Assembly: GCA_004195515.1 (NCBI GenBank)
Contig: PSPR01000015.1
Coordinates: 13,609 to 77,608 of the forward strand
Direction: 5' to 3'
DNA length: 64,000 nt
From: Methanobacteriota archaeon
GTDB lineage: Archaea; Thermoplasmatota; Poseidoniia; Poseidoniales; Poseidoniaceae
Below are positions 27,860-37,405 of the stretch, one piece after another. The notes beneath the pieces were generated by a model. That model ran no database searches and had not been told where the DNA came from. It saw only the letters and a program-made list of their open reading frames with translations. Within the stretch, counting starts at the first letter, position 1. Each line of letters opens with the position of its first letter. The translations under genes were made by a program, and so were the position numbers.

Positions 27860-28945
27860 TCACGATTGTTCGATGATAGTTGCGACCCTACGGATTCGCT
27901 GAAGGATACGGTCAAGGTTTTCTTGGCTCTTTCTAATCGTCGATTGAGGGCTATCTCCTACCAGACGGTAACCCAAGGCTAATCTTCCACCTAAAAGGTT
28001 CAACAATAGCATCTGTTCTTGGGCAGGGATCTGTTTGAATTCGCTTTTGACGAATTCTGCGGTTAAATTGCCTTTTTTCAACTTTTTAAAAATCGAATTT
28101 GGTGCGTCCAACCGCTCAAACCCACCGCGTTTGAGCATCCAGTCTTCACCTCTACGGAGATATTGGGTATTCATCGCAGACCATAGCGCAGTCGCTAATC
28201 TATCGGTGCGTGCAATCCTTTCTACCAAACCGGTGGCTCGGAACCTTTCGAGTATTCGACCTATTCTAGGTTTAGGGGCAGCAAGACTTTTTGCCGCTTC
28301 ATCAATCGATATGGGTGGTCCAGAATTCAAAAGCATCTCGAAAAGTTTAACGCTGATAGAGTCCGGTGAAATTTCCTTCCCAGGTCTTTCGCCAAGCAGT
28401 CCAAAATCGGCCATGAATCGCGATAATTCACACTCTGATGACGAGATTGGAGACCATTCTTTAACTCTGAGATTTAGGGCAGGCATTGGATCTGGGGCTA
28501 ATTCCATTTCCATTATAATATCGTTTCCTCTTTGCCAAGCCTGTTCGATATATTCCATTCTTTGCTTTTGAATTAGCTTGGACCTTTGAGACATAGTATC
28601 GACCGCCTTGAGTAAATCTCCTCCACACAAGTGGTGCAACCTCCAAGAGTTCCCTCCACTCGAGGAAACCAATCCACCCGATGTTAAGCGGGTGAGATGA
28701 TGATGGATTGCAGCAGGGGTTAGTGCCATCTCATCTGAGAGATCCTTAGAATTGATGCCTATTGTTGGATTGGGAATTAGGTGGTCCTTCAAAATTCGAT
28801 GAATCGGTGAAAATCGACCACCATCTGCGGTCGATTCACCTCTACGACGATGTAAACAAAGCGTATCTATCAGCCATGATACGAGTGTGTCAAGGTCTCG
28901 TTCGCTCGCTGGAAGCGGTATCTCGTCGAGCCGGATATCGAACAT
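27860..28945 (-). CDS. Hypothetical protein with two winged-helix (wHTH) DNA-binding-like modules
   Basis: 'MALTPAAIHHHLTRLTSGGLV' and 'PRIGRILERFRATGLVERI' resemble ArsR/MarR-type recognition helix plus wing. No other domain recognised. Confidence 0.5.
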   Translation of the reverse strand: MFDIRLDEIPLPASERDLDTLVSWLIDTLCLHRRRGESTADGGRFSPIHRILKDHLIPNPTIGINSKDLSDEMALTPAAIHHHLTRLTSGGLVSSSGGNSWRLHHLCGGDLLKAVDTMSQRSKLIQKQRMEYIEQAWQRGNDIIMEMELAPDPMPALNLRVKEWSPISSSECELSRFMADFGLLGERPGKEISPDSISVKLFEMLLNSGPPISIDEAAKSLAAPKPRIGRILERFRATGLVERIARTDRLATALWSAMNTQYLRRGEDWMLKRGGFERLDAPNSIFKKLKKGNLTAEFVKSEFKQIPAQEQMLLLNLLGGRLALGYRLVGDSPQSTIRKSQENLDRILQRIRRVATIIEQS

Positions 28946-29015
28946 TGAGGCAAAGCCATGGCCTCTAGTCCTTGAAGACTACGCATCATTTGTTGCTCAA
29001 GAAGCGATTAGCGAT

Positions 29016-29675
29016 TCACCGTCGGTCGTCCGACCACTCGTAATCGATTGGTCGAGTGCTATTCCAAGTATCATCATCGATCAGGTGAGGCGCTACCTCG
29101 ATTCGGTCCTCTCGGATTATTCCTCGTCGCCGTAAAACCTTGAGGGCTGAGTGAACAGTTGCTCTAGTGCGGCCTATTCTTCGAGCTAGAGCTGCCTGTG
29201 AACGAGGAATGCCATTCGCCCTCAAATCATCAATAATTGTTCGTTGAACCAAAGAAAGACCAATTGGCATTCTCTTTGCGGCCTCTTCCTCACCTACGTT
29301 CATCCCTCGCAAAACCTCGACTTGAGATGGCGCTCCAGCAAAATAACAAGATCTCCCGTTTACGGAGATGATTGTAATAGATTTCTGACCATTCAAGACG
29401 TCGAGATGATGGCGCAAGGTACCGTTAGCAGCGGCAAGTTTAGATTGTAATTCTCGATAACAAAGTCCAGGACTATTTTCGAGAGTCTTTAGAATTTTTT
29501 TCCGATGAGGATGAACAGTGCTGTTGACCTTCGTATCAACACCGGCATTAGCCAATCCAAATAGGCCAAGACCAGCGGCAACTCCAGTAATTCCACCCGT
29601 CGCTCCAGCCAAACCTGCAGCGAGCCACGGTCGCTGGGTTATCCATTGGCGGAGGAGTGCCATATCGTGAAACAA
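29016..29675 (-). CDS. Membrane-anchored double wHTH transcription-regulator-like protein
   Basis: N-terminal Gly-rich TM (WLAAGLAGATGGITGVAAGLGLFGLA). 'CYRELQSKLAAANGTLRHHLDVL' and 'SQAALARRIGRTRATVHSALKVLRRRGII' HTH segments. Confidence 0.55.
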   Translation of the reverse strand: MFHDMALLRQWITQRPWLAAGLAGATGGITGVAAGLGLFGLANAGVDTKVNSTVHPHRKKILKTLENSPGLCYRELQSKLAAANGTLRHHLDVLNGQKSITIISVNGRSCYFAGAPSQVEVLRGMNVGEEEAAKRMPIGLSLVQRTIIDDLRANGIPRSQAALARRIGRTRATVHSALKVLRRRGIIREDRIEVAPHLIDDDTWNSTRPIDYEWSDDRR

Positions 29676-29715
29676 ATGCTCGTCCTTTGTAATTGGTTCG
29701 GTCAGATGTGTGGGA

Positions 29716-30090
29716 TTATTTTTTTGCTCGGACCGATCCTCTTTGAATTTTCAGATGTGCGACTAGCGGGGATAACAATCGACCACAGGTTGTACCGTGG
29801 TCTGATAAAATATAGGTGACTCGAACCGGTGGCCCATCGTCAACTCGCCTAATCACTAAACCCTCTTGAGCAAGATAGGTTAATTTGTCAGATAATGTGC
29901 GCGAAGAAATACCATCTAGCAGAGTTTTCAGTTGATTGAATCGTCGAGGCCCAGCAATGTATAATGCGGCCAGAATTTCAATCGTCCATCTAGAACCGAA
30001 TACATTGAGAGCTTCAACAGCCGCTTCAACTTCCCATTCAGTACTCCATGGCACTTTATTCGAATGTTCCGCCAGCAAATCTCTAATCAT
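29716..30090 (-). CDS. HxlR-family winged-helix transcriptional regulator
   Basis: 'GSRWT..IL..L....RRFN.L......IS.RTLS..L..L...GL..R......PPRV.Y.L...G' HxlR signature. Confidence 0.8.
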   Translation of the reverse strand: MIRDLLAEHSNKVPWSTEWEVEAAVEALNVFGSRWTIEILAALYIAGPRRFNQLKTLLDGISSRTLSDKLTYLAQEGLVIRRVDDGPPVRVTYILSDHGTTCGRLLSPLVAHLKIQRGSVRAKK

Positions 30091-30190
30091 TCGATGAGAA
30101 CGGTACTTGGTAACTCTAAAGGTGGTTCAGGCATGATTTGCCACACGAGGTGTTAGAGATAAAACATGGTGTTATCCATACACTTAATTC

Positions 30191-32275
30191 TCATTGACCA
30201 GAATATGTTGGTTTTCGACCTTCGATAAGTGCCGATAAACCTTCTAATGCATCTTCGGTTGAGAAAATTCCTTCCAAACCTTCGAGTTCTTTATCCAAGC
30301 CGGTTGAGAGTTCTGTCAAACCGGATTGGTCTATCAAATTGCTTGCCATTTTTAGGGCGACCGGTGCGGTTCTCGAAAGAGATTTTAATTGACGAGAAAC
30401 GTTTCTATCCTCAGGGTCAAAACCATCAGGGCAGTTGGCTGAGAGGATGTTTTCTAAATTTTCATCACTGTAAAATTCTTTAGCAAATAATGCGACCTTA
30501 GAATTTGGATTTGATGGAACTCCAGGGTATTTATTCTCTGGTTTTCCGGCTTCAGCCAATTTTGCAATCGTTGTATCGACTGCTGTAACATCGACTAAAT
30601 CGCTGACCAATCCAAGATCAGCAGCGGTTTGAGCATCCATGAAATTTCCAGCTAATACCGCCCAACGAGCAGCAGGAATTCCGCTGATTCTCGCTGGCCT
30701 CTGAGTTCCTCCGAGCCCAGGGAAAATTCCGATACTTGTTTCTGGGAAACGGAATTGAGTTTTCCTTGTGCCAATTCGATAATCACATGCTAATGCCAGT
30801 TCAAGACCTCCGCCCAATGCTAATCCGGTGGTAAGAGCGATGGTTGTTTTCGTCGAATTTTCTAATTTTTCCAAAACCGAATGGCCATTTGCTGTAAAAT
30901 TATAAATGTCAGAAAAAGAATCTGCACGCAATTTGTCGACGAAGAATTTCACATCAGCACCTGCGACGAATGCTTTACCCGCACCATCTAGAACAATGGT
31001 GTGAACCGAATTGTCCGAGTTTACTTCATCCAACGCTCGACCCAATTGGGCGACGACTGTCTCATTGAGAGCGTTCATTGCTTCTGGTCTATTGATGGTA
31101 ATTGTTGCGATTCCATCCTTAACGAAAGAATCGATATAATTGAATTCAAAATTAGTATCACGTTCCCAGCATTTTGGCAATGTGAAATTTGCAAGTTCAC
31201 AATAGTCTTCAGCCATTGCCTTTGCCTCGGAAATTCCAATCCGGTTTGCTAATTCGAATGGGCCGCGCGCCCAGCGTAATCCAACCTTTGCACCTCTGTC
31301 GACATCTTCGATCGAACAAATTTCTTCATCGACGATTTGACCGGAAACAGCAAAGATTTGACCCATTAATCGAGTACGAATAATCGATGCTACCTCTTCG
31401 GAACAATCGGAGTTAACTCCAATCTCCCACATGTTTCCTGCCTCGACCATCTCTCGAAGGTTTTCAGCGCCATAATAGCGCGGAGTGTCTAATTGTTCTG
31501 CCAAATAATCGGTAGCGTGGAGGGCGATAGGGGGACCGGTCAAATTCATCAAGGCAAATGGGCCCAACCCAATTCTGAAAGATTTCATTGCGACTGAATC
31601 GATAGCGGCAGCACTCGCTACACCTTCTTGTAAAAGGAGGCATGCTTCATTGAGCCAAGGTACGAAAAATCGATTTACCACGAATCCAGGGCGGTCTTTG
31701 CACACGATGACGACCTTGCCAAGGCCACGGCAATATTGGACGGTTCGATCGATGGTTTGGGTACTAGAAGATTTTCCAGGGATGACCTCGACCAATCGGT
31801 TTTTTGCCGGGTGGAAAAAGAAGTGAAGCCCAATGAATTTGTCTGGGCGGCCAGATGCAATAGAAAGTTCATCCACCGAAAGGGAGGAGGTATTTGATGC
31901 AAGAATTGTATCTTGGCCACAAACCTCGTTCAAGATATTGAATACTTGAGTTTTAATGTTGAAATCCTCAAACACCGCTTCGATCACAAGGTCTGTATTT
32001 GGGGCGGTGTTTTCAGTTCCAACGACGCCGGTTATTCGACCTTTTATCGCTTCGATTTGCCCCGGAGAGAAGATCCTTCTCTCCACAGCTTCAGCTAAGA
32101 AATCAGAAATTATTTTTTGGCCACGGTCAACCCATTGTGCTTCTCTGTCAACCATTTGGACATCGAAATCCTCTTGAGCCGTTTTTTGAGCGATTCCGGA
32201 ACCCATGTTTCCGGCGCCGATGATTGCTACACTCTGGATTGGCTGCATATTGGGGGCCACAAGAATCTCCATCAT
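30191..32275 (-). CDS. Fused 3-hydroxyacyl-CoA dehydrogenase (N-terminal) / enoyl-CoA hydratase (C-terminal), beta-oxidation multifunctional enzyme
   Basis: Rossmann 'IIGAGNMGSGIA', 'SNTSSL', 'G.HFF.PA' (HAD). C-terminal crotonase 'INRPEAMNAL', 'GAGKAFVAGADV', 'GGGLELALACD'. Confidence 0.85.
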   Translation of the reverse strand: MMEILVAPNMQPIQSVAIIGAGNMGSGIAQKTAQEDFDVQMVDREAQWVDRGQKIISDFLAEAVERRIFSPGQIEAIKGRITGVVGTENTAPNTDLVIEAVFEDFNIKTQVFNILNEVCGQDTILASNTSSLSVDELSIASGRPDKFIGLHFFFHPAKNRLVEVIPGKSSSTQTIDRTVQYCRGLGKVVIVCKDRPGFVVNRFFVPWLNEACLLLQEGVASAAAIDSVAMKSFRIGLGPFALMNLTGPPIALHATDYLAEQLDTPRYYGAENLREMVEAGNMWEIGVNSDCSEEVASIIRTRLMGQIFAVSGQIVDEEICSIEDVDRGAKVGLRWARGPFELANRIGISEAKAMAEDYCELANFTLPKCWERDTNFEFNYIDSFVKDGIATITINRPEAMNALNETVVAQLGRALDEVNSDNSVHTIVLDGAGKAFVAGADVKFFVDKLRADSFSDIYNFTANGHSVLEKLENSTKTTIALTTGLALGGGLELALACDYRIGTRKTQFRFPETSIGIFPGLGGTQRPARISGIPAARWAVLAGNFMDAQTAADLGLVSDLVDVTAVDTTIAKLAEAGKPENKYPGVPSNPNSKVALFAKEFYSDENLENILSANCPDGFDPEDRNVSRQLKSLSRTAPVALKMASNLIDQSGLTELSTGLDKELEGLEGIFSTEDALEGLSALIEGRKPTYSGQ

Positions 32276-32292
32276 GAAGTCGACGGCATGAA

Positions 32293-32709
32293 TTGATGGT
32301 TGCTAGGGACAAGTTCATAACATTTGATGTATACTCAAGTGTGATGAGAGTGATAAAGTTGGGCTTGGATTCCTTGCCCACCATGGATGCAGTTGACTCC
32401 TTCTTTGAATCAATTTCCGACGGTTTCCAGACGGGAGGAATGATGGATGACCATTCCGTTATTGAAGGCGATTCGATGATTTTTCTTCATGGTGGCCGCA
32501 TGGTAAGAAAAGGTAGAGCCACTTCCGGGGTTGATGACAAAGGAATATTATGGATTGGAGAACTCGTTCAGCCACGGAAAATGATGAGATTGTCAGAATT
32601 TCAAGATCTTTTGTTTAGAGCCGCAGGGGTGGCAGTTAATTTAGCTACAGAGAAGTGGAATCATATTTTAGAAGATGATGCAATCAAAGCACTCTGGAAT
32701 CGAATCTAA
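32293..32709 (+). CDS. Hypothetical protein; the true start is possibly the ATG at 32383
   Basis: This is the only long ORF in the gap between two minus-strand genes. No recognisable motif. Confidence 0.3.
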   Translation: MMVARDKFITFDVYSSVMRVIKLGLDSLPTMDAVDSFFESISDGFQTGGMMDDHSVIEGDSMIFLHGGRMVRKGRATSGVDDKGILWIGELVQPRKMMRLSEFQDLLFRAAGVAVNLATEKWNHILEDDAIKALWNRI

Positions 32710-32736
32710 AAAACATTTTTAGATACATGGGAGCCC

Positions 32737-33780
32737 TTAGAATCCATCATAGGCCTTTTTCAGTTTTTCGGCCCAGTTTTTGACACAAAATTCAGCCGCC
32801 CTTTCCTGAACGTCCTCGCTTTCATCTTTTAGTTGGGAGATTGCATCTCTCCATTGTTCCAAATCGTCGTGCGGCAAAATATGTCGTTCAAGCGGTATCT
32901 CATTGGCGGCTGGTGCATCTGCCACCAAAGCCACAGTCCCAGCAGCATAAGCTTCCAAAGGCGGCAACCCAAACCCTTCTGCGACAGAAGGGAAAAGCAA
33001 GGCATCTGCGTGCTGTAAAGCAGCGATCAATTCTTCTGGCTCGAGTCGACCCACCCAATTTAAATCACAATTTTGCTCAACTGCAAACCGCATCAACTTC
33101 GCTTTTTTTTGAGGGGAGGACTCAGCCCCGACCTTGTGCAAACATACGTCCATCCCACCACAGACCTCGACCGCAAACTCAACTCTCTTCCGAGGTTCTT
33201 CACTACCGATTACCAAGAGATTCTTTCCATCTTTGAACCAAGCAGGGCGTGGTCGAGGCGTGGAATAATCCTCCAGATTAATGGCGTGTGGGATCCACAT
33301 GGTTTTCACCCCGGGAAACCTCATTTCACATTCTTGTTGAGTATCCTTAGAAATGCAGACCAGCAATTTCGCTCTATTGATTCCTGCCTTCACTCTCTCG
33401 AGATCTTTTCTTCTAATCCACCTGGGCTTTTGATTACCGATTTCAACAGAATGCCTAACCGTCGGAAATAGATGAAACAGGTCGTGCACTGTAACTACCG
33501 TATTACCAAAATCGGGGACTAACCCTGCTTGTTCTTGGTCAGTAATATGAACAATATCAAATCCGCCCACTAATTTTTGAACGGTTTTTGGATGAGAATA
33601 CCACCGGCGCCAAAGCCTCTTTATCGAGCCAGCACAACTCGAATATTGAGCGGTTTTTCCGTGAGAATAACCTTCAACAATACCAGCGGCAAGTCTTTGC
33701 TCAAGTGCTTCATGAGTGCTGCCAAGTCCAGAAAAAGGCGATAACCGCCCTCCTCTAACCAGCAGCACCCGCTTCATCAT
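32737..33780 (-). CDS. Glycosyltransferase, GT4 (GT-B fold) family
   Basis: C-terminal 'LLFPSVAEGFGLPPLEAYAAG' (E-x7-E region) typical of GT4. Confidence 0.8.
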   Translation of the reverse strand: MMKRVLLVRGGRLSPFSGLGSTHEALEQRLAAGIVEGYSHGKTAQYSSCAGSIKRLWRRWYSHPKTVQKLVGGFDIVHITDQEQAGLVPDFGNTVVTVHDLFHLFPTVRHSVEIGNQKPRWIRRKDLERVKAGINRAKLLVCISKDTQQECEMRFPGVKTMWIPHAINLEDYSTPRPRPAWFKDGKNLLVIGSEEPRKRVEFAVEVCGGMDVCLHKVGAESSPQKKAKLMRFAVEQNCDLNWVGRLEPEELIAALQHADALLFPSVAEGFGLPPLEAYAAGTVALVADAPAANEIPLERHILPHDDLEQWRDAISQLKDESEDVQERAAEFCVKNWAEKLKKAYDGF

Positions 33781-34790
33781 ACCACCTTCAGATGTTTGAC
33801 TGAGGCTGCGATCCCCAAGTCATCGGGGAAGAACATCGTCGGTTCGGGGATTGGGATAGGCACTATTTCTTTGCCGATCAAGGAAACTCTACTCGGTGGA
33901 GAGTCATCGAGCAATTCACGGTTTACCAATGGTGCGAGCGCATTAGAAAACTCGAGAATATCTTCGTGCCATGGCATATTCTCAGCTGTAAGATTATCAC
34001 GGGAATTTCCGACGTGAACATAGCCTTTACATTCGATAAAATCGGGGTCTGCTCTATTATCAAGAGCAGCATATTGTGGAATATGTTCCTCTTTCATATT
34101 CCGCCCTTTTATCAAGGTGTGCCGGCAGACAATCCTAGTATCTAGGCTTGGTAAAAGGTCGATTGTTTCCTCGAGTTTTTCCCAGGCTCCCGCATTCCAT
34201 TTTGGCCGGCAAATTTCATCGAAAACCTGCTTATTTGGCGCATCGACTGAGACATAGAGTTGAGTGGGTAAGGTGTCAAGGTTTTCTATGACCTTGGGGA
34301 GGGTTCCATTGGTCACCAGCATTGTGGTCATACCATGAGCATGGCACAATTCCATATATTCTGATAATTTGGTATAGAGAGTAGGTTCGCCATTGAGAGA
34401 TATAGCGACGTGTTTTGGGGTTTGTGCAGAGAGTAACTTATCCTTTGGCACCTTATCGTTTCCGCCGAATCCACTTAAGAGTCTTCTTTGTGCTTTCACC
34501 GAATCGTATAACATTTCTAGAGGATCTTGGTCACTCAATTCCAATGCATCCATATGTGGTTCTCTCCAACAATAAGAGCAAGCGAGATTACATTGGTCGA
34601 CCACAGGAGACATCTGTAAACAATTATGACTCGATATCCCGTAAAATTTACCTTTGTAACATTGGCGACCTCTTAGAAGAGATTCCTTAGTCCAATGGCA
34701 GATTTTCACTCCACCGTGTTCGCCGACTATGTGGTAGCGTTGCTTCTGCAATTTGGCCATCAACACAGGGTCCATGTCTACAAGCGACAT
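33777..34790 (-). CDS. taw1: 4-demethylwyosine synthase Taw1 (TYW1 homologue, radical SAM)
   Basis: 'KICHW.K.SL...R.CYK..FYGI.SH.C.QM.P....C...C.YCWR' with the radical-SAM Cys cluster. 'ISL.GEPTLY'. ATGA-coupled to the downstream GT gene. Confidence 0.85.
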   Translation of the reverse strand: MSLVDMDPVLMAKLQKQRYHIVGEHGGVKICHWTKESLLRGRQCYKGKFYGISSHNCLQMSPVVDQCNLACSYCWREPHMDALELSDQDPLEMLYDSVKAQRRLLSGFGGNDKVPKDKLLSAQTPKHVAISLNGEPTLYTKLSEYMELCHAHGMTTMLVTNGTLPKVIENLDTLPTQLYVSVDAPNKQVFDEICRPKWNAGAWEKLEETIDLLPSLDTRIVCRHTLIKGRNMKEEHIPQYAALDNRADPDFIECKGYVHVGNSRDNLTAENMPWHEDILEFSNALAPLVNRELLDDSPPSRVSLIGKEIVPIPIPEPTMFFPDDLGIAASVKHLKVV

Positions 34791-34831
34791 GTCTAGACAA
34801 TTTCAAACCATTCGTCGAGGTGGCTTGAAAC

Positions 34832-35827
34832 ATGGAAGAGTTTGAGGAAGGTTGGATTCCTCATCTTTTTGGCTTCATTTTACCAATGATGACCATCGGT
34901 GGAATTTATGTTGGTGGTTGGTGGTGTGCCTTCGGTATTATCTTCGCTCTAGGCTTAGGTCCAATCTTGGAGTTTATTTTCCCCGATAGAGCACCATCTC
35001 GCAGAGAAGGTTTTTCGACAAAACCATGGGACTTTTTGCTTGTTATTCATAGCCTCACAGTCATCACCGCATTATTGGTTTTGTATTGGCGAGTCGATTC
35101 GGAAGGTATCACAATATTCACGGTTCTCGGTGCTTTATCGGTAGGAATGGTCAGTGGAATCTCTGGCATTGTAAACGCCCACGAGCAAGGGCACCGTCGT
35201 AAGGGGTCACCGATTTGGATAATGGCTCGACTGAATCTTTTATTAGTACAATATCTCCATTTTACGACCGAACATAATCACGGCCATCATCGCTTTTACG
35301 CAATGGCGGAGGATCCTGCTTCAGCCCCAAAAAGCAGAGGCCTTTGGATTCATATTTTTATGACGATTCCAATGCAATTTGTTTCTGCGTTCAAAGTCCA
35401 TTCGACCAAAGGAAAGGGGTTCTTGATGAATCCAATCTTCCATGGAGTCATCATCCAATTTTCACTAATAATTATTATGGGGGTAATATCTATTGATTTT
35501 CTTTTACACTATGGTATCATTGCAGCTTTTGCAATAATTCTGCTCGAATATACAAATTATCTTCAACACTATGGTTTGGTTAGAGAGAAGGGTGAAAAGC
35601 AATCGGCTTCTCATTCTTGGGAGAGTCGGAATACTTGGTCACGTTGGACTTTGATGGAATTACCACTCCATCCAGCCCACCACCTGAAAGCATCCGATCC
35701 GTTATGGGAGCTCAGAGCTCAGCCCGATGCCCCACAATTACCGACTGGTTACTATGGATGTTTTTGGTTAGCCATCCTTCCACCTCTGTGGAAGAGAGTG
35801 ATGGATCCGAGGCTGCCAATCGAGTAA
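34832..35827 (+). CDS. AlkB-like integral-membrane di-iron hydroxylase (alkane 1-monooxygenase / fatty-acid desaturase superfamily)
   Basis: His boxes 'HEQGHRR', 'EHNHGHHRF', 'NYLQHYGL', 'LHPAHH', in the order and spacing of the AlkB family. Multiple TM helices. Confidence 0.75.
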   Translation: MEEFEEGWIPHLFGFILPMMTIGGIYVGGWWCAFGIIFALGLGPILEFIFPDRAPSRREGFSTKPWDFLLVIHSLTVITALLVLYWRVDSEGITIFTVLGALSVGMVSGISGIVNAHEQGHRRKGSPIWIMARLNLLLVQYLHFTTEHNHGHHRFYAMAEDPASAPKSRGLWIHIFMTIPMQFVSAFKVHSTKGKGFLMNPIFHGVIIQFSLIIIMGVISIDFLLHYGIIAAFAIILLEYTNYLQHYGLVREKGEKQSASHSWESRNTWSRWTLMELPLHPAHHLKASDPLWELRAQPDAPQLPTGYYGCFWLAILPPLWKRVMDPRLPIE

Positions 35828-35829
35828 GA

Positions 35830-36852
35830 TTACTCTTCTTCGAGGCGAGACTCGATATTTTGTATTCCTTTTTGGAGAGACGACATTCGACCATCTAATT
35901 CCATTTTTGTAGCGACCTGAAGCGGAACTAACAGGTCGTTCGCATTATCCATTTCATGGTGTAATGACTTCATATTTGCCATCATTCTTCTGCGCACCAA
36001 TAGTGCTGCAGACTCCCATTCATCTTTGTTGATCAAACCTTTTTCATAACGGGCAGATAAACGATCTAAAACCATCAAGGGGTCTTGGGTTGAATCTCCA
36101 CTCGAATCGCCCGAATAACTGGAGCGGGTATTGTAAAACACTTGAGAAAATGTAGCGGCTAAAGAACCGACCAAACCGATTCCCACCAGCATCAGAACCG
36201 CCGCGATCAATCGGCCAGGAATCGTCACCGGGGTAAAATCGCCATAGCCAACGGTTGTAGTCGTTACCAATGCCCACCACAAGGCATCACCGAAATTCGA
36301 GATTACTCTGCTACAATTATCCGCCGGGAATTCTACATTACAGTAGATTGCATAATAGTCTGCTTCAAAGACATATACTAGGAAACCTCCTGCCACAATT
36401 AAGGTTAGAACGATTAAAAATAGATGCATAACTTGCTGTTCAACGCTAATTTGCTTTGCTCTACTGGTAGCACCAATCAATCGGAGAATACCAGAAAATG
36501 CTCTGAAAATTCGGAGGAATCTCAAGATTTTACCGGCTCTAAACGCAGTAAATCCGGTTATGAACATCGGTACGAGGCCCAGAAATTCCCAACCGTGAGT
36601 TTTATACCACCATTTTTTATCGGTACATCTAGAATAATCTTCGATCAAATCGAAGAAAAAGAATAGGATTAATAAAAAGTCCAATGAAGCGAGAATCCAC
36701 CATAGTGAGCGGTTGGTATTGAAAAGGTCATTCTGAAGGTCATAGACAATTATGCCGATATTCAACATGGTAAAAACCAAAATGAGCATATCGTTTGCCC
36801 ACCATGGTTGTTCCATTGTGGAGTAATGATTCTCATATTCTTCGTTAGTCAT
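35830..36852 (-). CDS. Voltage-gated-type (6TM) potassium channel with a C-terminal SHOCT-like helix
   Basis: Selectivity filter 'TTTVGYGD'. S4-like 'RAGKILRFLRIFRAFSGILRLIGATSR' (Arg/Lys every third residue). C-terminal 'LSARYEKGLINKDEWESAALLV'. The ATG at 36852 overlaps the upstream stop (ATGA). Confidence 0.8.
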   Translation of the reverse strand: MTNEEYENHYSTMEQPWWANDMLILVFTMLNIGIIVYDLQNDLFNTNRSLWWILASLDFLLILFFFFDLIEDYSRCTDKKWWYKTHGWEFLGLVPMFITGFTAFRAGKILRFLRIFRAFSGILRLIGATSRAKQISVEQQVMHLFLIVLTLIVAGGFLVYVFEADYYAIYCNVEFPADNCSRVISNFGDALWWALVTTTTVGYGDFTPVTIPGRLIAAVLMLVGIGLVGSLAATFSQVFYNTRSSYSGDSSGDSTQDPLMVLDRLSARYEKGLINKDEWESAALLVRRRMMANMKSLHHEMDNANDLLVPLQVATKMELDGRMSSLQKGIQNIESRLEEE

Positions 36853-37379
36853 ATATTTCCTCTCCCAAACCAAGACCAAACCGTTGCAAGCACTGCTATG
36901 CATAACCCTGCTATTGATATTGTGCCGACCCAGCGCCAAATTTCAGATGGTTCAACATAAGTGATAATGTTAGGATTATCGATTGAGTATTTAGAGGTAC
37001 TAAATTCGGTGTTCGTATCGCTGATACTAGGTCTGAATGTCCTAACTTTACGGCTACCAGTTAACTTAGTAACGCCGTGTTTTTGCAGATTTTCAGCGTA
37101 GTGTTTTTCTTCAGCCTGTGTATTATGGACTGCACACAAAGGCTTCAGTTTAGGTTCGCGAAATGATTTCCAACCTTTCTCACAATTACTACAAAATCGC
37201 CGTTTACAATCTTCGTGATTGCATTTGAGAACAGGCACACCTTGAATTCCGCACATCGGGCATTCGGCAATCGAGCCAGTTCCGATGTTGATGTCTCCCA
37301 TCACGACCGAGTCGGATAGAGCGAGATGGTCATCACCAACCTCTGACATGTCTTGGGCACAAAGGGATTGAGTTTTCAA
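36849..37379 (-). CDS. Cys-rich zinc-ribbon protein with a C-terminal TM anchor, function unknown
   Basis: 'CPMCG...(x10)..CNHEDCKRRFCSNCEKG...C..H'. Terminal TM 'WVGTISIAGLCIAVLATVWSWF'. Confidence 0.5.
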   Translation of the reverse strand: MKTQSLCAQDMSEVGDDHLALSDSVVMGDINIGTGSIAECPMCGIQGVPVLKCNHEDCKRRFCSNCEKGWKSFREPKLKPLCAVHNTQAEEKHYAENLQKHGVTKLTGSRKVRTFRPSISDTNTEFSTSKYSIDNPNIITYVEPSEIWRWVGTISIAGLCIAVLATVWSWFGRGNI

Positions 37380-37405
37380 TATGTTCCCGACTCTTAGAGA
37401 TAATC

